This document shows positions 1-10,367 of a stretch of 64,000 nt of DNA, in pieces. The number at the start of each line of letters is the position of its first letter. The stretch's first letter is position 1. The notes under the pieces are model-generated. The model had not been told where the DNA came from. It did not search any database and saw only the letters and a program-made list of their open reading frames with translations. Source of the stretch: Candidatus Sericytochromatia bacterium (lineage in GTDB: Bacteria; Cyanobacteriota; Sericytochromatia; S15B-MN24; UBA4093); the NCBI GenBank assembly GCA_036676985.1, contig JAKFBU010000041.1:148167-212166 (forward strand), in the 5' to 3' direction. A program made the position numbers and the translations under genes.

Positions 1-526
1 TCCGGAGCTGCGCGAGGTTGCGGTAGTCCGGCCGGAACTCGTGGCCCCACTGGCTCACGCAGTGGGCCTCGTCGATGGCGATGAAGCTGATGGCGGCCTG
101 GCTCAGGAGCTCGAAGGAGTCGGGAGAGGCCAGGCGCTCGGGCGAGAGGTAGAGGAGCTTGAGGCGGCCCGCGCGCAGGTCGTCCACCACGCGCCGCTTC
201 TCGTCGCTCGTCATGCTGCTGTTGAGGGATGCCGCCGCCACGCCGTTGGCGACCAGCGAGTCCACCTGGTCCTTCATGAGGGCCAGCAGCGGCGAGATGA
301 CGATGGCCATGCCGGGCTTGGCGAGGGCGGGCAGCTGGTAGCAGATGGATTTGCCGCCGCCGGTCGGCAGGATGGTCAGGGAGTCGCGCCCCGTCATGAG
401 GGCCTCGACGGCCTCCGCCTGGTTGGGGAGGAAGGCCTCGTACCCCCAGATCCGCTTGAGCAAGTCCAAGAGGGCCGGATCCGTGGCGGCCTTGGGCAGG
501 GCGGAGGGCGGAGCGCTGTGCGGCAT
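1..526 (-). CDS. recQ: ATP-dependent DNA helicase RecQ (N-terminal part; runs off window start)
   Basis: Manual minus-strand translation (not in ORF track): MPHSAPP...LKRIWGYEAF...LPTGGGKSICYQLPAL...ISPLLALMKDQV...IDEAHCVSQWGHEFRPDY; GGGAGG RBS upstream. Confidence 0.95.
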   Translation of the reverse strand, partial: MPHSAPPSALPKAATDPALLDLLKRIWGYEAFLPNQAEAVEALMTGRDSLTILPTGGGKSICYQLPALAKPGMAIVISPLLALMKDQVDSLVANGVAAASLNSSMTSDEKRRVVDDLRAGRLKLLYLSPERLASPDSFELLSQAAISFIAIDEAHCVSQWGHEFRPDYRNLAQLR

Positions 527-696
527 GGGCAAGACCTCCCAATGGGGCTCGTAGAGCGGCGGACGAGCCTCCATTAAAACATAAGTTCGACCTCCGGAGG
601 GGGGATCGGCCGAAGCGTCATGCCCGCTGAGCCTTCCCTTGACACCCCCGCGCGGGCTGTGGGTTCATTAAGGGATCGCACCGACAGGAAGGGACC

Positions 697-1911
697 ATGA
701 TGGCCGCAACCAGCTCCGAGACCCGCCTCATCAACACGCGCGAGGGGCTCACGCTCCTCGCCGCCGAGCTCGAGGGGGCCGACGTCCTGGCCCTCGACAC
801 CGAGTTCATCCGCGAGCGCAGCTACGCGCCCCGCCTCGAGCTGGTGCAGGTGGCCTCGCGCACGGGCGTCATCGCGGCCATCGACTACGGCACTCTCGGC
901 CGCATGGAGAACGACCCGTTCGTCGAGCTCCTGCGCGACCCGACCATCCTCAAGGTCTTCCACGCGGCCGAGCAGGATCTCGAGATCCTCCAGATGCTCA
1001 CGGGCTCGCCCCTCACGCCCATGTTCGACACCCAGCTCGCGGCGGGCCTGGTGGGCTTCACGGCCAAGCCGGGCTACGGAGCGCTCGTCGAGGGCGTCCT
1101 CAAGATCCGGCTGCCCAAGGGCGAGAGCATGACCGACTGGTCCATCCGCCCCCTGACCCAGGCGCAGCTGGACTATGCCCTCGACGACGTGCGGCACCTG
1201 TTGCCCGTCTTCGACCGGCTCCGCTCCATGCTCCACGAGAACGGCCGCATGGCCTGGGCCGAGCAGGAGTGCGAGCGGCTGCAGAGCTCGGTGCTCGCCC
1301 AGTTCGCGGCCCGCGCCAACCCCGAGACCCTCTACATGCGCGTCCGCGGGCGCGGCGGCCTGGACTCCCAGGGCCTGCACGTCCTGAGGGCCCTTGCCAT
1401 GTGGCGCGAGGAGGAGGCCCGTAGGCGCGATCGCCCTCGCGGCTCCATCCTCAAGGACGAGATGCTGGTGGAGCTCGCCCGCCGCGCGCCCAAGCGCGCG
1501 CAGCAGCTGCGGAACCTGCGGGGCATCCAGCCCCGGGACCTCGACCGCTACGGCGAGACGTTCGTGCAGGTGATTGCCGACGCGCTCAGCCGGCCGAGGT
1601 CCGAGTACCCGGCGGCCGAGCCCCCCTCGGGTCCGCCCGACGAGGCGACCCTCGCCCTGGCGGACCTCCTGCAGGCCGTCACGCACACCATCGCCGCGGA
1701 GTCGGGCATCGCCGCCACCCTGCTCGCCACCAACTCCGACCTGCAACGGTTGGCCGAGGGCTACCGGCGCGGGGAGCACCTCAACGTCAGCTTCCTCGAG
1801 GGCTGGCGCGCGGAGCTGTTGGGCGATCGCCTGCTGGAGGTCCTGGAAGGCCGCTCGGCGCTCGGGTGGGATCCAGCCGGCCAGCGGCTGCGGCTCGTGC
1901 CCCTGGCCTAG
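697..1911 (+). CDS. rnd: Ribonuclease D (3'-5' exonuclease + HRDC)
   Basis: ALDTEF, KVFHAAEQDL, FDTQLAA, TDWSIRPL..QLDYALDDV motifs; HRDC-like WREEEARRRDRP. Confidence 0.93.
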   Translation: MMAATSSETRLINTREGLTLLAAELEGADVLALDTEFIRERSYAPRLELVQVASRTGVIAAIDYGTLGRMENDPFVELLRDPTILKVFHAAEQDLEILQMLTGSPLTPMFDTQLAAGLVGFTAKPGYGALVEGVLKIRLPKGESMTDWSIRPLTQAQLDYALDDVRHLLPVFDRLRSMLHENGRMAWAEQECERLQSSVLAQFAARANPETLYMRVRGRGGLDSQGLHVLRALAMWREEEARRRDRPRGSILKDEMLVELARRAPKRAQQLRNLRGIQPRDLDRYGETFVQVIADALSRPRSEYPAAEPPSGPPDEATLALADLLQAVTHTIAAESGIAATLLATNSDLQRLAEGYRRGEHLNVSFLEGWRAELLGDRLLEVLEGRSALGWDPAGQRLRLVPLA

Positions 1912-1949
1912 CTCCGAGAGGCAAGAACCCGAGCGGTCGTCGCGATAAC

Positions 1950-2783
1950 ATGCCTGGTCCCACCGGGCCAGGAGGCTGGATGGATCCCATCGGACGCCGG
2001 AGCGCCACCCCAAAGCCCAACCGATCGCCCGAGCGCCCCACCGAAGGGCCGCGCCCGGAGGGCCTCCTCACGCGCCTGCGCCAGGACACCTGGGCGGCGG
2101 GGGACGTCGCGGGCTTCACCCACCACCTGCAAGACGCCATCCAGAGCAACCAGGCCCGGCGCGAGTACTACGCCCGGGTCTCCGGCGGAGCCTCCCGGGC
2201 GCTCTCCAACCACCTGATCCGGCTCGAGCGGCTCACCTTGCCGTTCGCCTGGTACTTCGACGCGCGCGCCGACCGCTTCAACCGGCAGGGGCTCGCGGTG
2301 GTCGATGGGGACTTCGTGTCCATGCAAGCCGTGCGCCCGCCCGAAACGCCCCCCACCCACCGCAAGGTGGCAGGCCAAGCGGACATCAAGCGGCTCGACG
2401 CCTGGCTGGACACCTACCGCGCGGATCTGTCGAAGGCGCTCGACACCCGGGACTTCGGGCGGATCGCCGAGCTCACGGACACCTTGCTCTCGCGGATCGA
2501 GGGACTGGAAGCCTCGGCCGACGCCCACTTCGCCATGACCAAGCACGTGGCCGAGTCCGTAGGCTACGCCGCCATGCACGCCCTGGACTACCACCAACAG
2601 AGCGGCGGGAAGACCGACGACCTGACGGCCCGGTTCGTCCAGCTGCAGGCCTTCGGCCTCACGGGCACCATCGGCATCGACCGGCGCGCCCAGGAGCTGC
2701 ACCGGCAAGGCATCGGCATCATCGTCAACGACCTGCCCCACATCCCCTTCCAGGCGGAGTGGAGGGCGCGCCAGGCGCGCTAA
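1950..2783 (+). CDS. Hypothetical protein
   Basis: Long ORF with host-like codon usage; ATG at 1950 assumed; no recognisable family. Confidence 0.6.
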   Translation: MPGPTGPGGWMDPIGRRSATPKPNRSPERPTEGPRPEGLLTRLRQDTWAAGDVAGFTHHLQDAIQSNQARREYYARVSGGASRALSNHLIRLERLTLPFAWYFDARADRFNRQGLAVVDGDFVSMQAVRPPETPPTHRKVAGQADIKRLDAWLDTYRADLSKALDTRDFGRIAELTDTLLSRIEGLEASADAHFAMTKHVAESVGYAAMHALDYHQQSGGKTDDLTARFVQLQAFGLTGTIGIDRRAQELHRQGIGIIVNDLPHIPFQAEWRARQAR

Positions 2784-3502
2784 TCGCCGCCCTTGATGGC
2801 CTCGAAGAGGGGTCTGAGCTGGCGCATGGCCTCTCGGGCCTGCCGCTGCGGCGAGCAGTCCCTACGATCGCTCTGCAACGCGAGCACGCCGTTGAAGCCG
2901 CTGGCCTTGAGGGCCGCCACCTTGGCTGGCAGCTCGGCCTCGCCCGCACTGAGCGGGATCCGCATGCTCCAGAGGCGCTCGCCCCAGCCCTCGACGGGCA
3001 CGCGCCAGTCGCCCTCCACGCCCTCCAGGTCCACGCTGACGCCCACCATGCGGACATCCGTCTTCTTGAGCCACTGCTTGAGGGCCTTGGGGGGCTGAGC
3101 GGGCAGATCCAGGGAGAGGCGCACGCCGCGCCGCTCGGCATGGGTCACGAGCTTGGGGAGGCGGGCGTCCAGGTCGGCCGGGCCCAGGCCCGCCAGGTGG
3201 ATCTCGGCCACCGGTGAGGCCACCCCGTAGGCCGCGTCCACCGTCGCCTTGGCGCGGCGCAGCCACTCCTCGCCGTCCTGGGAGTGCCTCTGGTGGCGCC
3301 CGTCCAGCAGGGCCACGCGCATCCGGTGGCCGTCCAGGCGCGCCTGCAAGCGGGCGAGCGATCGCCAGTCCAACAGCTCCAGGGGGTTGGCGGGCTCCTC
3401 GAGGACCATCTCGACGGCCTCGCAGCCGATGACCGACAGCTGCTCGAGCGTCTCCTCGAGCGGGTACTCCTCGAACCCCAACGTGCTGCAGACTAGACGC
3501 AT
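2780..3502 (-). CDS. Sugar-phosphate isomerase/epimerase-like TIM-barrel protein (degenerate)
   Basis: MRLVCSTLGF..PLEETLEQLSVIGCEAVE N-terminus and ALKASGFNGVL C-terminus typical of AP-endonuclease-2/xylose-isomerase-like family; GGGGAG RBS. Confidence 0.7.
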   Translation of the reverse strand: MRLVCSTLGFEEYPLEETLEQLSVIGCEAVEMVLEEPANPLELLDWRSLARLQARLDGHRMRVALLDGRHQRHSQDGEEWLRRAKATVDAAYGVASPVAEIHLAGLGPADLDARLPKLVTHAERRGVRLSLDLPAQPPKALKQWLKKTDVRMVGVSVDLEGVEGDWRVPVEGWGERLWSMRIPLSAGEAELPAKVAALKASGFNGVLALQSDRRDCSPQRQAREAMRQLRPLFEAIKGGD

Positions 3503-3619
3503 GGCTCCCCCTAGACCGGAGGCATCGAGCCCCGGCTTACGATCTGTAACGAAGCAGCATCGTAATCCGGGGCTCAAGGAGCGTCTAGTTCAAAACGACC
3601 AAGCAGTCCCTGGGCAACC

Positions 3620-5194
3620 CTAGCCGATCTCGGTCAGCCGCAGCGACTCGTTGCGCTCCTGGACGAAGCGCAGCATCCACTGGTCTCGGAACAGGAGGAC
3701 GTACTTGTCGTCCCGGTCCTTGAGCGTGAGGGCGTCCCGGATCGAGCGGGGATCGAAGTCGGGGCTGGCGACCCAGCGCGCGATCTCGTAGGGCATCGAG
3801 TCGAGGGCGATGTCCACGCCGTACTCGGCCTTGAGCCGGTGCTGCAACACCTCGAACTGCAGGACGCCGACCGCGCCCGCGATGGGCTCCTGTTCGCCCA
3901 CGTCCGGACGCACGAAGAGCTGGACCGCGCCCTCCTCGGAGAGCTGGTCGAGGCCCTTCTTGAGCTGCTTGCGCTTGGATGGGTCCCGGAGCCGGATCTG
4001 GGCGAAGTGCTCGGGCATGAAGCGGGGAATCCCCTGGTACTCGAAGCCCTTGCCCTCGCAGAGGGTGTCGCCGATGCGGAAGTTGCCCGAATCGAAGAGG
4101 GCCACGATGTCGCCCGGGTACGCCTCCTCGACGGCCTGACGATCCTGCGCCATGAGCTGGTGGCTGTTGGCCAGGCGGATGTCCCGGCCGAGGCGCACGT
4201 GCTTGACGCTCATGCCGCGCGTGAACTTGCCGGAGCAGACCCGCATGAAGGCCATGCAGTCCCGGTGCGCGGGGTTCATGTTGGCCTGGATCTTGAAGAT
4301 GAAGCCGCTGAACTGCTCGGCCTCGGGCGCCACGGGACCGTCGTCGGTCTCGCGCGGCACGGGCGAAGGTGCCAGGCGCACGAAGTCATCCAGGAAGATC
4401 TGGACGCCGAAGTTGGTCATGGCCGAGCCGAAGAAGAGCGGCGTCAGCTCGCCCGCGAGCACCCGCTCGTGATCGAAGGGATCCCCCGCAATCTCGAGCA
4501 TCTCGATGTCCTCGAGCAGCTGGGCGTAGAGGCCCGCTCCCAGGACCTCGGGCAGGCTCGGATCCTCGAGCGTCAGCACGTCGACGCTGCCCTGCTTCTG
4601 GCCGTGGCTGGTGGAGTTGAACAGGTGGATCTTGCCGCTCTGACGGACGTAGACGCCCTTGAAGTCCGAGCCCATGCCGATGGGCCAGTTCATGGGGCAA
4701 GAGCGGATGCCGAGCACCTTCTCCAGCTCGTCCATCAGGTCGAGGGGATCCCGGCCGTGCCGGTCCAGCTTGTTCACGAAGGTGAAGATGGGGACATGGC
4801 GCAGCCGGCAGACCTGGAAGAGCTTCTTGGTCTGCGCCTCGACGCCCTTGGCGGCGTCGATCAGCATGACCGCCGAGTCCGCTGCCGTCAGGGTCCGGTA
4901 GGTGTCCTCCGAGAAGTCCTGGTGGCCCGGGGTGTCGAGCAGGTTGACCTCGAAGCCCTCGTACGGGAACTGCAGCACGCTCGAGGTGATGGAGATGCCG
5001 CGCTGCCGCTCCATCTCCATCCAGTCCGAGGTGGCATGCCGCTGCGACCGGCGCGCCTTGACCGAGCCCGCCAGGTGGATGGCGCCTCCGTACAGGAGGA
5101 GCTTCTCGGTCAGGGTGGTCTTCCCCGCGTCGGGGTGCGAGATGATGGCGAACGTCCGGCGGCGCTGGACTTCTTCGGCGAGGGTCGGGGGCAA
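3620..5194 (-). CDS. prfC: Peptide chain release factor 3
   Basis: RRTFAIISHPDAGKTTLTEKLLLYGGAI, DTPGHQDFSED, NKLD, GAVGVLQFEV. Confidence 0.98.
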   Translation of the reverse strand: MPPTLAEEVQRRRTFAIISHPDAGKTTLTEKLLLYGGAIHLAGSVKARRSQRHATSDWMEMERQRGISITSSVLQFPYEGFEVNLLDTPGHQDFSEDTYRTLTAADSAVMLIDAAKGVEAQTKKLFQVCRLRHVPIFTFVNKLDRHGRDPLDLMDELEKVLGIRSCPMNWPIGMGSDFKGVYVRQSGKIHLFNSTSHGQKQGSVDVLTLEDPSLPEVLGAGLYAQLLEDIEMLEIAGDPFDHERVLAGELTPLFFGSAMTNFGVQIFLDDFVRLAPSPVPRETDDGPVAPEAEQFSGFIFKIQANMNPAHRDCMAFMRVCSGKFTRGMSVKHVRLGRDIRLANSHQLMAQDRQAVEEAYPGDIVALFDSGNFRIGDTLCEGKGFEYQGIPRFMPEHFAQIRLRDPSKRKQLKKGLDQLSEEGAVQLFVRPDVGEQEPIAGAVGVLQFEVLQHRLKAEYGVDIALDSMPYEIARWVASPDFDPRSIRDALTLKDRDDKYVLLFRDQWMLRFVQERNESLRLTEIG

Positions 5195-5283
5195 GAGGAT
5201 CCTCCTAGAATCGAGGGTCGAACACGACTAGCCCCCTATTATATCTCCTCAAGACGGCGCCGGGAGCCGTCTCTCAAGATCGT

Positions 5284-7011
5284 TCAGCTCGCGCGGCGCT
5301 CCGCCTCCGGCGTCATGAGGCGCTGGAAGGCCTCGGGCGGCACCGGACGGCTGATGAGATAGCCCTGGATCTCGTCGCAGCCGTGGGCGGCGAGGTAGGC
5401 GCGCTGCTGCTCGGTCTCGACGCCCTCGGCGATGACGCGCATCCCGAGGCTGTGGGCGAGCCCGATGATGGCCTTCACGAGCACCGCATCGTCCGTGACG
5501 GCCTGGATCTCCCGCACGAAGCTCTGATCGATCTTGAGCATGCCGATGGGGAAGCGCTGCAGGTAGCTCAGGGAGCTGTAGCCGGTGCCGAAGTCGTCGA
5601 TGGAGACGGCGACGCCGGTGGCCCGCAGCGTCTGGAGGGTGGCGAGCGTCCTGGCGTGGTCCTCCATGAAGATGCTCTCCGTCATCTCCAGCTCGAGCAT
5701 GCTCGGCGGCAGGTCGCACTCCGCGAGCACCGCGGCGATGGCGTCGGTCACCTCGCGCTGCTTGAAGTAGAGGCCCGAGAGGTTCACGGCCATGCGGCGC
5801 AGGGGTGCTCCGGCGCTCAGCCATTCCCTGGCCTGTCGGCAGGCCTTGCGCAGGACCAGGTCGGTGATGGGCAGGATGAGCCCCGTCTCTTCGGCGAGCG
5901 GAATGAACTTGGCCGGCGACACCATCCCGAGCTCCGGGTGGTGCCAGCGGATCAGGGCCTCGGCCCCGACGATTTCCCCCGTGCGCAGGTCGACCTGCGG
6001 CTGGTAGTGAAGGACGAACTCGTCGTGCTCGATGGCCCTGTGAAGCCGGCTCTCGAGCGACAGTCGCTCCAGGGCCGCCTCGTGCATGGAGGACGAGTAG
6101 AGCACGCAGGTGTTGCGCTGGTGCTTGGCCCGGTACATGGCCGTTTCGGCGTTCATGAGGAGCTCCGAGGGCTCCTCGCCGTCGCACGGGAAGTGGCTGA
6201 TGCCGACGCTCGCCGAGACGTACAGGTCGTGCTCCGAGACCTTGAACGGCTTTTCGAGGGCCTCCAGCAGGCTGTTGGCGGCGGTCATGGCGTCTTGCTC
6301 CTCGGTGACCCGGCTCAGGATGACCGAGAACGAGTCGCCGCCGATGCGGGCGAAGAAGACCCCGTGGTGCAGCGTCTCCTGGAGGCGCCGGGCGATGGCC
6401 TGGAGGAGCGCATCACCGATCTCGTGCCCGAGGGTGTCGTTGATGTTCTTGAAGCGATCCAGGTCGAGCAGCAGGATGGCCAGCTGTCGGTCGTGGTGCT
6501 TGGCCAGGGAGACGGCATGCTGCATGCGATCGCGGAACTGGCGGCGATTGGGAAGCCCCGTCAACGGATCCACGTAGGCGTTGTGCTCGGCGAGGGCCTC
6601 GGCGTGCTTGCGCCTGCTGATGTTGCGCGCGACGACCTGCGAGGCCGGCCGCCCCTCGTGGCTCGTGGGCATGCCGATGATCTCGACGTCCACGATCGAG
6701 CCGTCCAGGGCCACGAGCTTGGTCTCGACGAGCGGCGTCGCCATGGCCTCCTCGAGGACGCGCTGGACCCGGGCGACCATCAGGGCCTCGTGCTCAGGAT
6801 GGATGAAGTCCCAGATGAGGCGACCGTGGAGGTCCTGGGGATCCGCTACGCCCAGCATGCGGGCGCCTGCCTGGTTGATGAACACGATGCGACCTTCGCA
6901 GTGGACGGCCACCAGGTCGGTCATGTGCTCGACCAGTAGCCGGAAGCGAGCGTCGTCCTCAGGCATGGGCGAGCGCCGCGAGTCGCGCGCCGCCTCCGTA
7001 TCACCAGCCAT
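5284..7011 (-). CDS. PAS-GGDEF-EAL protein, probably a c-di-GMP phosphodiesterase (start uncertain)
   Basis: PAS (DFIHPE), DPLTGLPNR, LDLDRFKNINDTLGH, degenerate GGDSF, AEAL, DDFGTGYSS, EGVET. Confidence 0.92.
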   Translation of the reverse strand: MAGDTEAARDSRRSPMPEDDARFRLLVEHMTDLVAVHCEGRIVFINQAGARMLGVADPQDLHGRLIWDFIHPEHEALMVARVQRVLEEAMATPLVETKLVALDGSIVDVEIIGMPTSHEGRPASQVVARNISRRKHAEALAEHNAYVDPLTGLPNRRQFRDRMQHAVSLAKHHDRQLAILLLDLDRFKNINDTLGHEIGDALLQAIARRLQETLHHGVFFARIGGDSFSVILSRVTEEQDAMTAANSLLEALEKPFKVSEHDLYVSASVGISHFPCDGEEPSELLMNAETAMYRAKHQRNTCVLYSSSMHEAALERLSLESRLHRAIEHDEFVLHYQPQVDLRTGEIVGAEALIRWHHPELGMVSPAKFIPLAEETGLILPITDLVLRKACRQAREWLSAGAPLRRMAVNLSGLYFKQREVTDAIAAVLAECDLPPSMLELEMTESIFMEDHARTLATLQTLRATGVAVSIDDFGTGYSSLSYLQRFPIGMLKIDQSFVREIQAVTDDAVLVKAIIGLAHSLGMRVIAEGVETEQQRAYLAAHGCDEIQGYLISRPVPPEAFQRLMTPEAERRAS

Positions 7012-7177
7012 TCCCGCTATCCTCTTGCCGTGCAGCCGTATACGCAAGTCTAAGTTTCCGGCAGGGAAGCGAGCCCAGGGACCGTAGTTATTCCGCAATC
7101 GCGGCTAACGAATTGTCAGGATCCAGGGACGATGGGACGGCCGCAAAGCACCGATTACCCCAACGTCCCGCCGGGAA

Positions 7178-8173
7178 TCAGGCCGAGACCTCACCGGCCA
7201 GGGGCAGGAGCAGGTTGCGAACGGCACGCTGGGGGCTGCCCAGCTGCCCCAGGAGGAACATGAGCTTCACGGTGGCGGCCTCCACGGTCATGTCGCCGCA
7301 GGAGACGGCGCCCGCCTTCTGGGCCAGGGCCCCGCACTCGTAGAGGCCGAGGTTGACGCCCCCCGAGAAGGCCTGGCTGCAGATGGCGACGATCTTGCCC
7401 TTGGCAGTCGCCCGCTCGATGAAGGGGATGAGGCTGTGGTCCCCGGTGGGGACGTTGCCCGCGCCGAAGGCCTCGAGCACGATGGCCTCGGCCGAGCCCT
7501 CTGCGAGCGGCATCAGGAGGTCGGGGGCCATGCCCGGCGAAACCCGGATGGCGAGCACGCGATCGCTGAACTCGCGGTGCAGCCGAAAGAGCCCGGACGG
7601 GCGGCGGATGCCCTCGGCGTTGAGGGCCACGTTGAGGCCCACCTCGGCCAAGGGCGCGAAGTTGGGCGAGGCGAAGGCGTCGAACTCGTGGATGCTGACC
7701 TTCTTGGCGCGGTTGCCCCGCAGGAGCCGGTGGTTGAAGAAGATGCCGACCTCGGGCACGTCCATGGTGGCGAGCTCCAGGGCCGAGATGAGGTTGTGGC
7801 GCGCGTCGCTGCGGATCTCGGAGATGGGGCGCTGGGCGCCTGTCAGGATGACGGGCTTGGCGAGGTTCGAGAGCATGAACGACAGGGCCGAGGCCGTGTA
7901 GACCATGGTGTCGGTGCCGTGGATGACGACGAAGCCGTCGTAGGCGTCCATGTGCGCGTCGATGGCGTCGGCGATCGCCTGCCACTGGGGGATGCCCACG
8001 TTGGAGCTGTCCAGGTTGAAGAGGACCTTGGCATCAATGTGGGCGATCGAGCGCGCCTCGGGCAGGCTCGTGAGCAGCTCGTCGGCGACCTCGGGCGGTC
8101 GAAGGGACCCTTCGACCGTCTTGTGGGTCATGCCGAGGGTGCCGCCGGTCTGGAGGAGGAGTAGGCGCTTCAT
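7178..8173 (-). CDS. ansA: L-asparaginase type I
   Basis: TGGTLGM, HGTDTM, TGAQ, RGNR..K motifs; start overlaps serC stop. Confidence 0.92.
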   Translation of the reverse strand: MKRLLLLQTGGTLGMTHKTVEGSLRPPEVADELLTSLPEARSIAHIDAKVLFNLDSSNVGIPQWQAIADAIDAHMDAYDGFVVIHGTDTMVYTASALSFMLSNLAKPVILTGAQRPISEIRSDARHNLISALELATMDVPEVGIFFNHRLLRGNRAKKVSIHEFDAFASPNFAPLAEVGLNVALNAEGIRRPSGLFRLHREFSDRVLAIRVSPGMAPDLLMPLAEGSAEAIVLEAFGAGNVPTGDHSLIPFIERATAKGKIVAICSQAFSGGVNLGLYECGALAQKAGAVSCGDMTVEAATVKLMFLLGQLGSPQRAVRNLLLPLAGEVSA

Positions 8174-9270
8174 TGGTTTCCTTGGGCGAAGTGATCCATG
8201 TAGTCGGCGAGCAGGCGCACGCTCTTCACGGGCATGGCGTTGTAGATGGAGGCCCGGCAGCCGCCCACCGAGCGGTGCCCCTTGAGGCCGACGAGATCCC
8301 GCTCCTCGGCTCCCTTGAGGAAGGCCTTCTCCAGCTCCTCGCTCGACAGGCGCCAGGTGACGTTCATGGTCGAGCGCGAGTCGAGGCGCGCGTGGCCCTG
8401 ATAGAGGCCGGGGTGGCGGTCGATGGCCGCGTAGAGGAGGCGGGCCTTCTCGTGGTTGCGGCGCTCGGCCTCCGCGAGGCCGCCCTGGGCCTTGAGCCAG
8501 GCGAGCACGTTGCGGAGCATGTAGACGCCGAAGGTCGGGGGCGTGTTGTAGAGCGAGTCGTTCTGGACATGGGTCGGGTAGGAGAGCATCGTCGTGAGGC
8601 CCTCGTTGCACTTCGCGAGCAGGTCGTCCCGGATGACGACGAGGGTCACGCCCGAGGGCCCGAGGTTCTTCTGGGCACCCGCGTAGAGGAGGCCGAAGGG
8701 GCGCACGTCGAAGGGCCGCCACATGACGTCGCTCGACATGTCGGCGACGATGGGCACGCCCCGGGTGTCCGGGACGCGGTGGAACTGGGTCCCGAAGATG
8801 GTGTTGTTGCTCGTCAGGTGCACGTAGGCGGCCCCCGGCGTGAGCGTGAGCTCGTCGTCCGATTGGGGCACCCGGTCGAAGTTTGTGGCCTCGGAGGAGT
8901 AGGCCACGTTCGTCTTGCCGAAGCGCTTGGCCTCCTTGAGGGCCTTTTTCGCCCAGTCGCCCGTGACGACGTAGTCGGCGACGCGATCGCCGCCCAGCAG
9001 GTTCATGGGGACCATGCCGAACTGGAGGCTGGCGCCGCCCTGCAGGAAGAGGACGTGGTAGTCGGATGGCAGCTGCATCAGCTCGCGCACGAGGGCCTTG
9101 GCCTCTTCGTGGAGGGCCAGGTACTCCTTGGAGCGGTGGCTGATCTCCATGACCGACATGCCGGTCCCCTCGAAGTCCAAGAGCTCCCGCTGGGCCCGCT
9201 CGAGGGCCTCCAGGGGCATGGTGGCGGGACCCGCGTAGAAGTTGTGGACACGCTTTTGCTGGGTGATCAC
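8170..9270 (-). CDS. serC: Phosphoserine aminotransferase
   Basis: NFYAGPA, MEISHRS, LQGGAS, ADMSS, GAQKNLGP, GHRSVGGCRASIYN. Confidence 0.97.
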   Translation of the reverse strand: MITQQKRVHNFYAGPATMPLEALERAQRELLDFEGTGMSVMEISHRSKEYLALHEEAKALVRELMQLPSDYHVLFLQGGASLQFGMVPMNLLGGDRVADYVVTGDWAKKALKEAKRFGKTNVAYSSEATNFDRVPQSDDELTLTPGAAYVHLTSNNTIFGTQFHRVPDTRGVPIVADMSSDVMWRPFDVRPFGLLYAGAQKNLGPSGVTLVVIRDDLLAKCNEGLTTMLSYPTHVQNDSLYNTPPTFGVYMLRNVLAWLKAQGGLAEAERRNHEKARLLYAAIDRHPGLYQGHARLDSRSTMNVTWRLSSEELEKAFLKGAEERDLVGLKGHRSVGGCRASIYNAMPVKSVRLLADYMDHFAQGNQ

Positions 9271-9379
9271 GGCGTTTCGCTCCTCAAGGGGACGGGCGCT
9301 CGGGCTCCACTCTTACGACTTGGCCCGGCATCGATTATACTGAAGCGCTTCAGGCAAGATCCAGGGAAAGGACGGACAC

Positions 9380-9820
9380 ATGGTGAAACACGCAGTCCTG
9401 ATTGTCGCAATGATCGCAGCCTTCGGCCTGGTGGGCTGCCGAGGAGGGGATAAGATGGAGAATCAACCGTCTGACAAGGCCGTGGCAACCGCATCGGGCC
9501 TCAAGTACGACGTCATCCAGCCGGGGACCGGCGAGACGGCGACCGCCGGCAAGGTCGTGGCCGTGCACTACACCGGCTGGCTGCAGTCGGACGGCACCAA
9601 GTTCGACAGCTCGCGCGACCGTGGGCAGCCCTTCGAGTTCGTGCTCGGCCGGGGCCAGGTCATCCGGGGCTGGGACGAGGGCGTGGCCGGGATGAAAGAG
9701 GGCGAGAAGCGCAAGCTCTACATCCCCGCGGACCTCGCCTACGGCACCCGCGGCGTCCCCGGCGTGATCCCCCCCAACTCCACCCTCGTCTTCGAGGTGG
9801 AACTCCTGGACGTGAAGTAA
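9380..9820 (+). CDS. FKBP-type peptidyl-prolyl isomerase (lipoprotein)
   Basis: [33 protein letters not shown]; lipobox LVGC. Confidence 0.95.
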   Translation: MVKHAVLIVAMIAAFGLVGCRGGDKMENQPSDKAVATASGLKYDVIQPGTGETATAGKVVAVHYTGWLQSDGTKFDSSRDRGQPFEFVLGRGQVIRGWDEGVAGMKEGEKRKLYIPADLAYGTRGVPGVIPPNSTLVFEVELLDVK

Positions 9821-9830
9821 GGAAAGCGGC

Positions 9831-10331
9831 ATGAAGATTCAGTACGTTGCCATCGGCCTCTTAGCGGCCGCCCTGAGCCTGACGGCTTGCCAGAAGAGCG
9901 AGGAGCCCGCGACCACCGGCGGCGAGGCCACCGGCTCGGCCGTGGCCACCGATTCCGCCGCGGCGACCGACTCCGCGGGCGCCACGGGCGCCAACACCGT
10001 CACCACGGCCTCGGGTCTCAAGTACGAGGACCAGAAGGTCGGTACCGGCGCCGAGGCGGTGGCCGGCAAGACGGTCAAGGTCCACTACACGGGCTGGCTC
10101 CTGGACGGCACCAAGTTCGACAGCTCGGTGGACCGCGGCGAGCCCTTCGAGTTCGCGCTCGGCCAGGGCCAGGTCATCAAGGGCTGGGACGAGGGCGTGG
10201 CCGGCATGAAGGTCGGCGGCAAGCGCAAGCTGACCATCCCGCCCGATCTGGGTTACGGGGCGGCGGGCGCTGGCCCGATTCCTCCCAACTCGACGCTCGT
10301 CTTCGATGTCGAGCTGCTCGACGTCAAGTAA
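9831..10331 (+). CDS. FKBP-type peptidyl-prolyl isomerase (lipoprotein), tandem paralogue
   Basis: [19 protein letters not shown]; lipobox LTAC. Confidence 0.95.
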   Translation: MKIQYVAIGLLAAALSLTACQKSEEPATTGGEATGSAVATDSAAATDSAGATGANTVTTASGLKYEDQKVGTGAEAVAGKTVKVHYTGWLLDGTKFDSSVDRGEPFEFALGQGQVIKGWDEGVAGMKVGGKRKLTIPPDLGYGAAGAGPIPPNSTLVFDVELLDVK

Positions 10332-10339
10332 CGAGGCAG

Positions 10340-10366
10340 AGGGCCGCCCGCTGGGCGGCCCTTTTT
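10340..10366 (+). terminator. Rho-independent terminator
   Basis: AGGGCCGCCC-gct-GGGCGGCCCT followed by T tract after FKBP stop. Confidence 0.85.
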
Positions 10367-10367
10367 C

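Noticed and set aside
3540-3560. GAAGCAGC resembling the SRP RNA motif
   Set aside because: Lacks the paired CAGG/GGAA tetraloop context of 4.5S RNA
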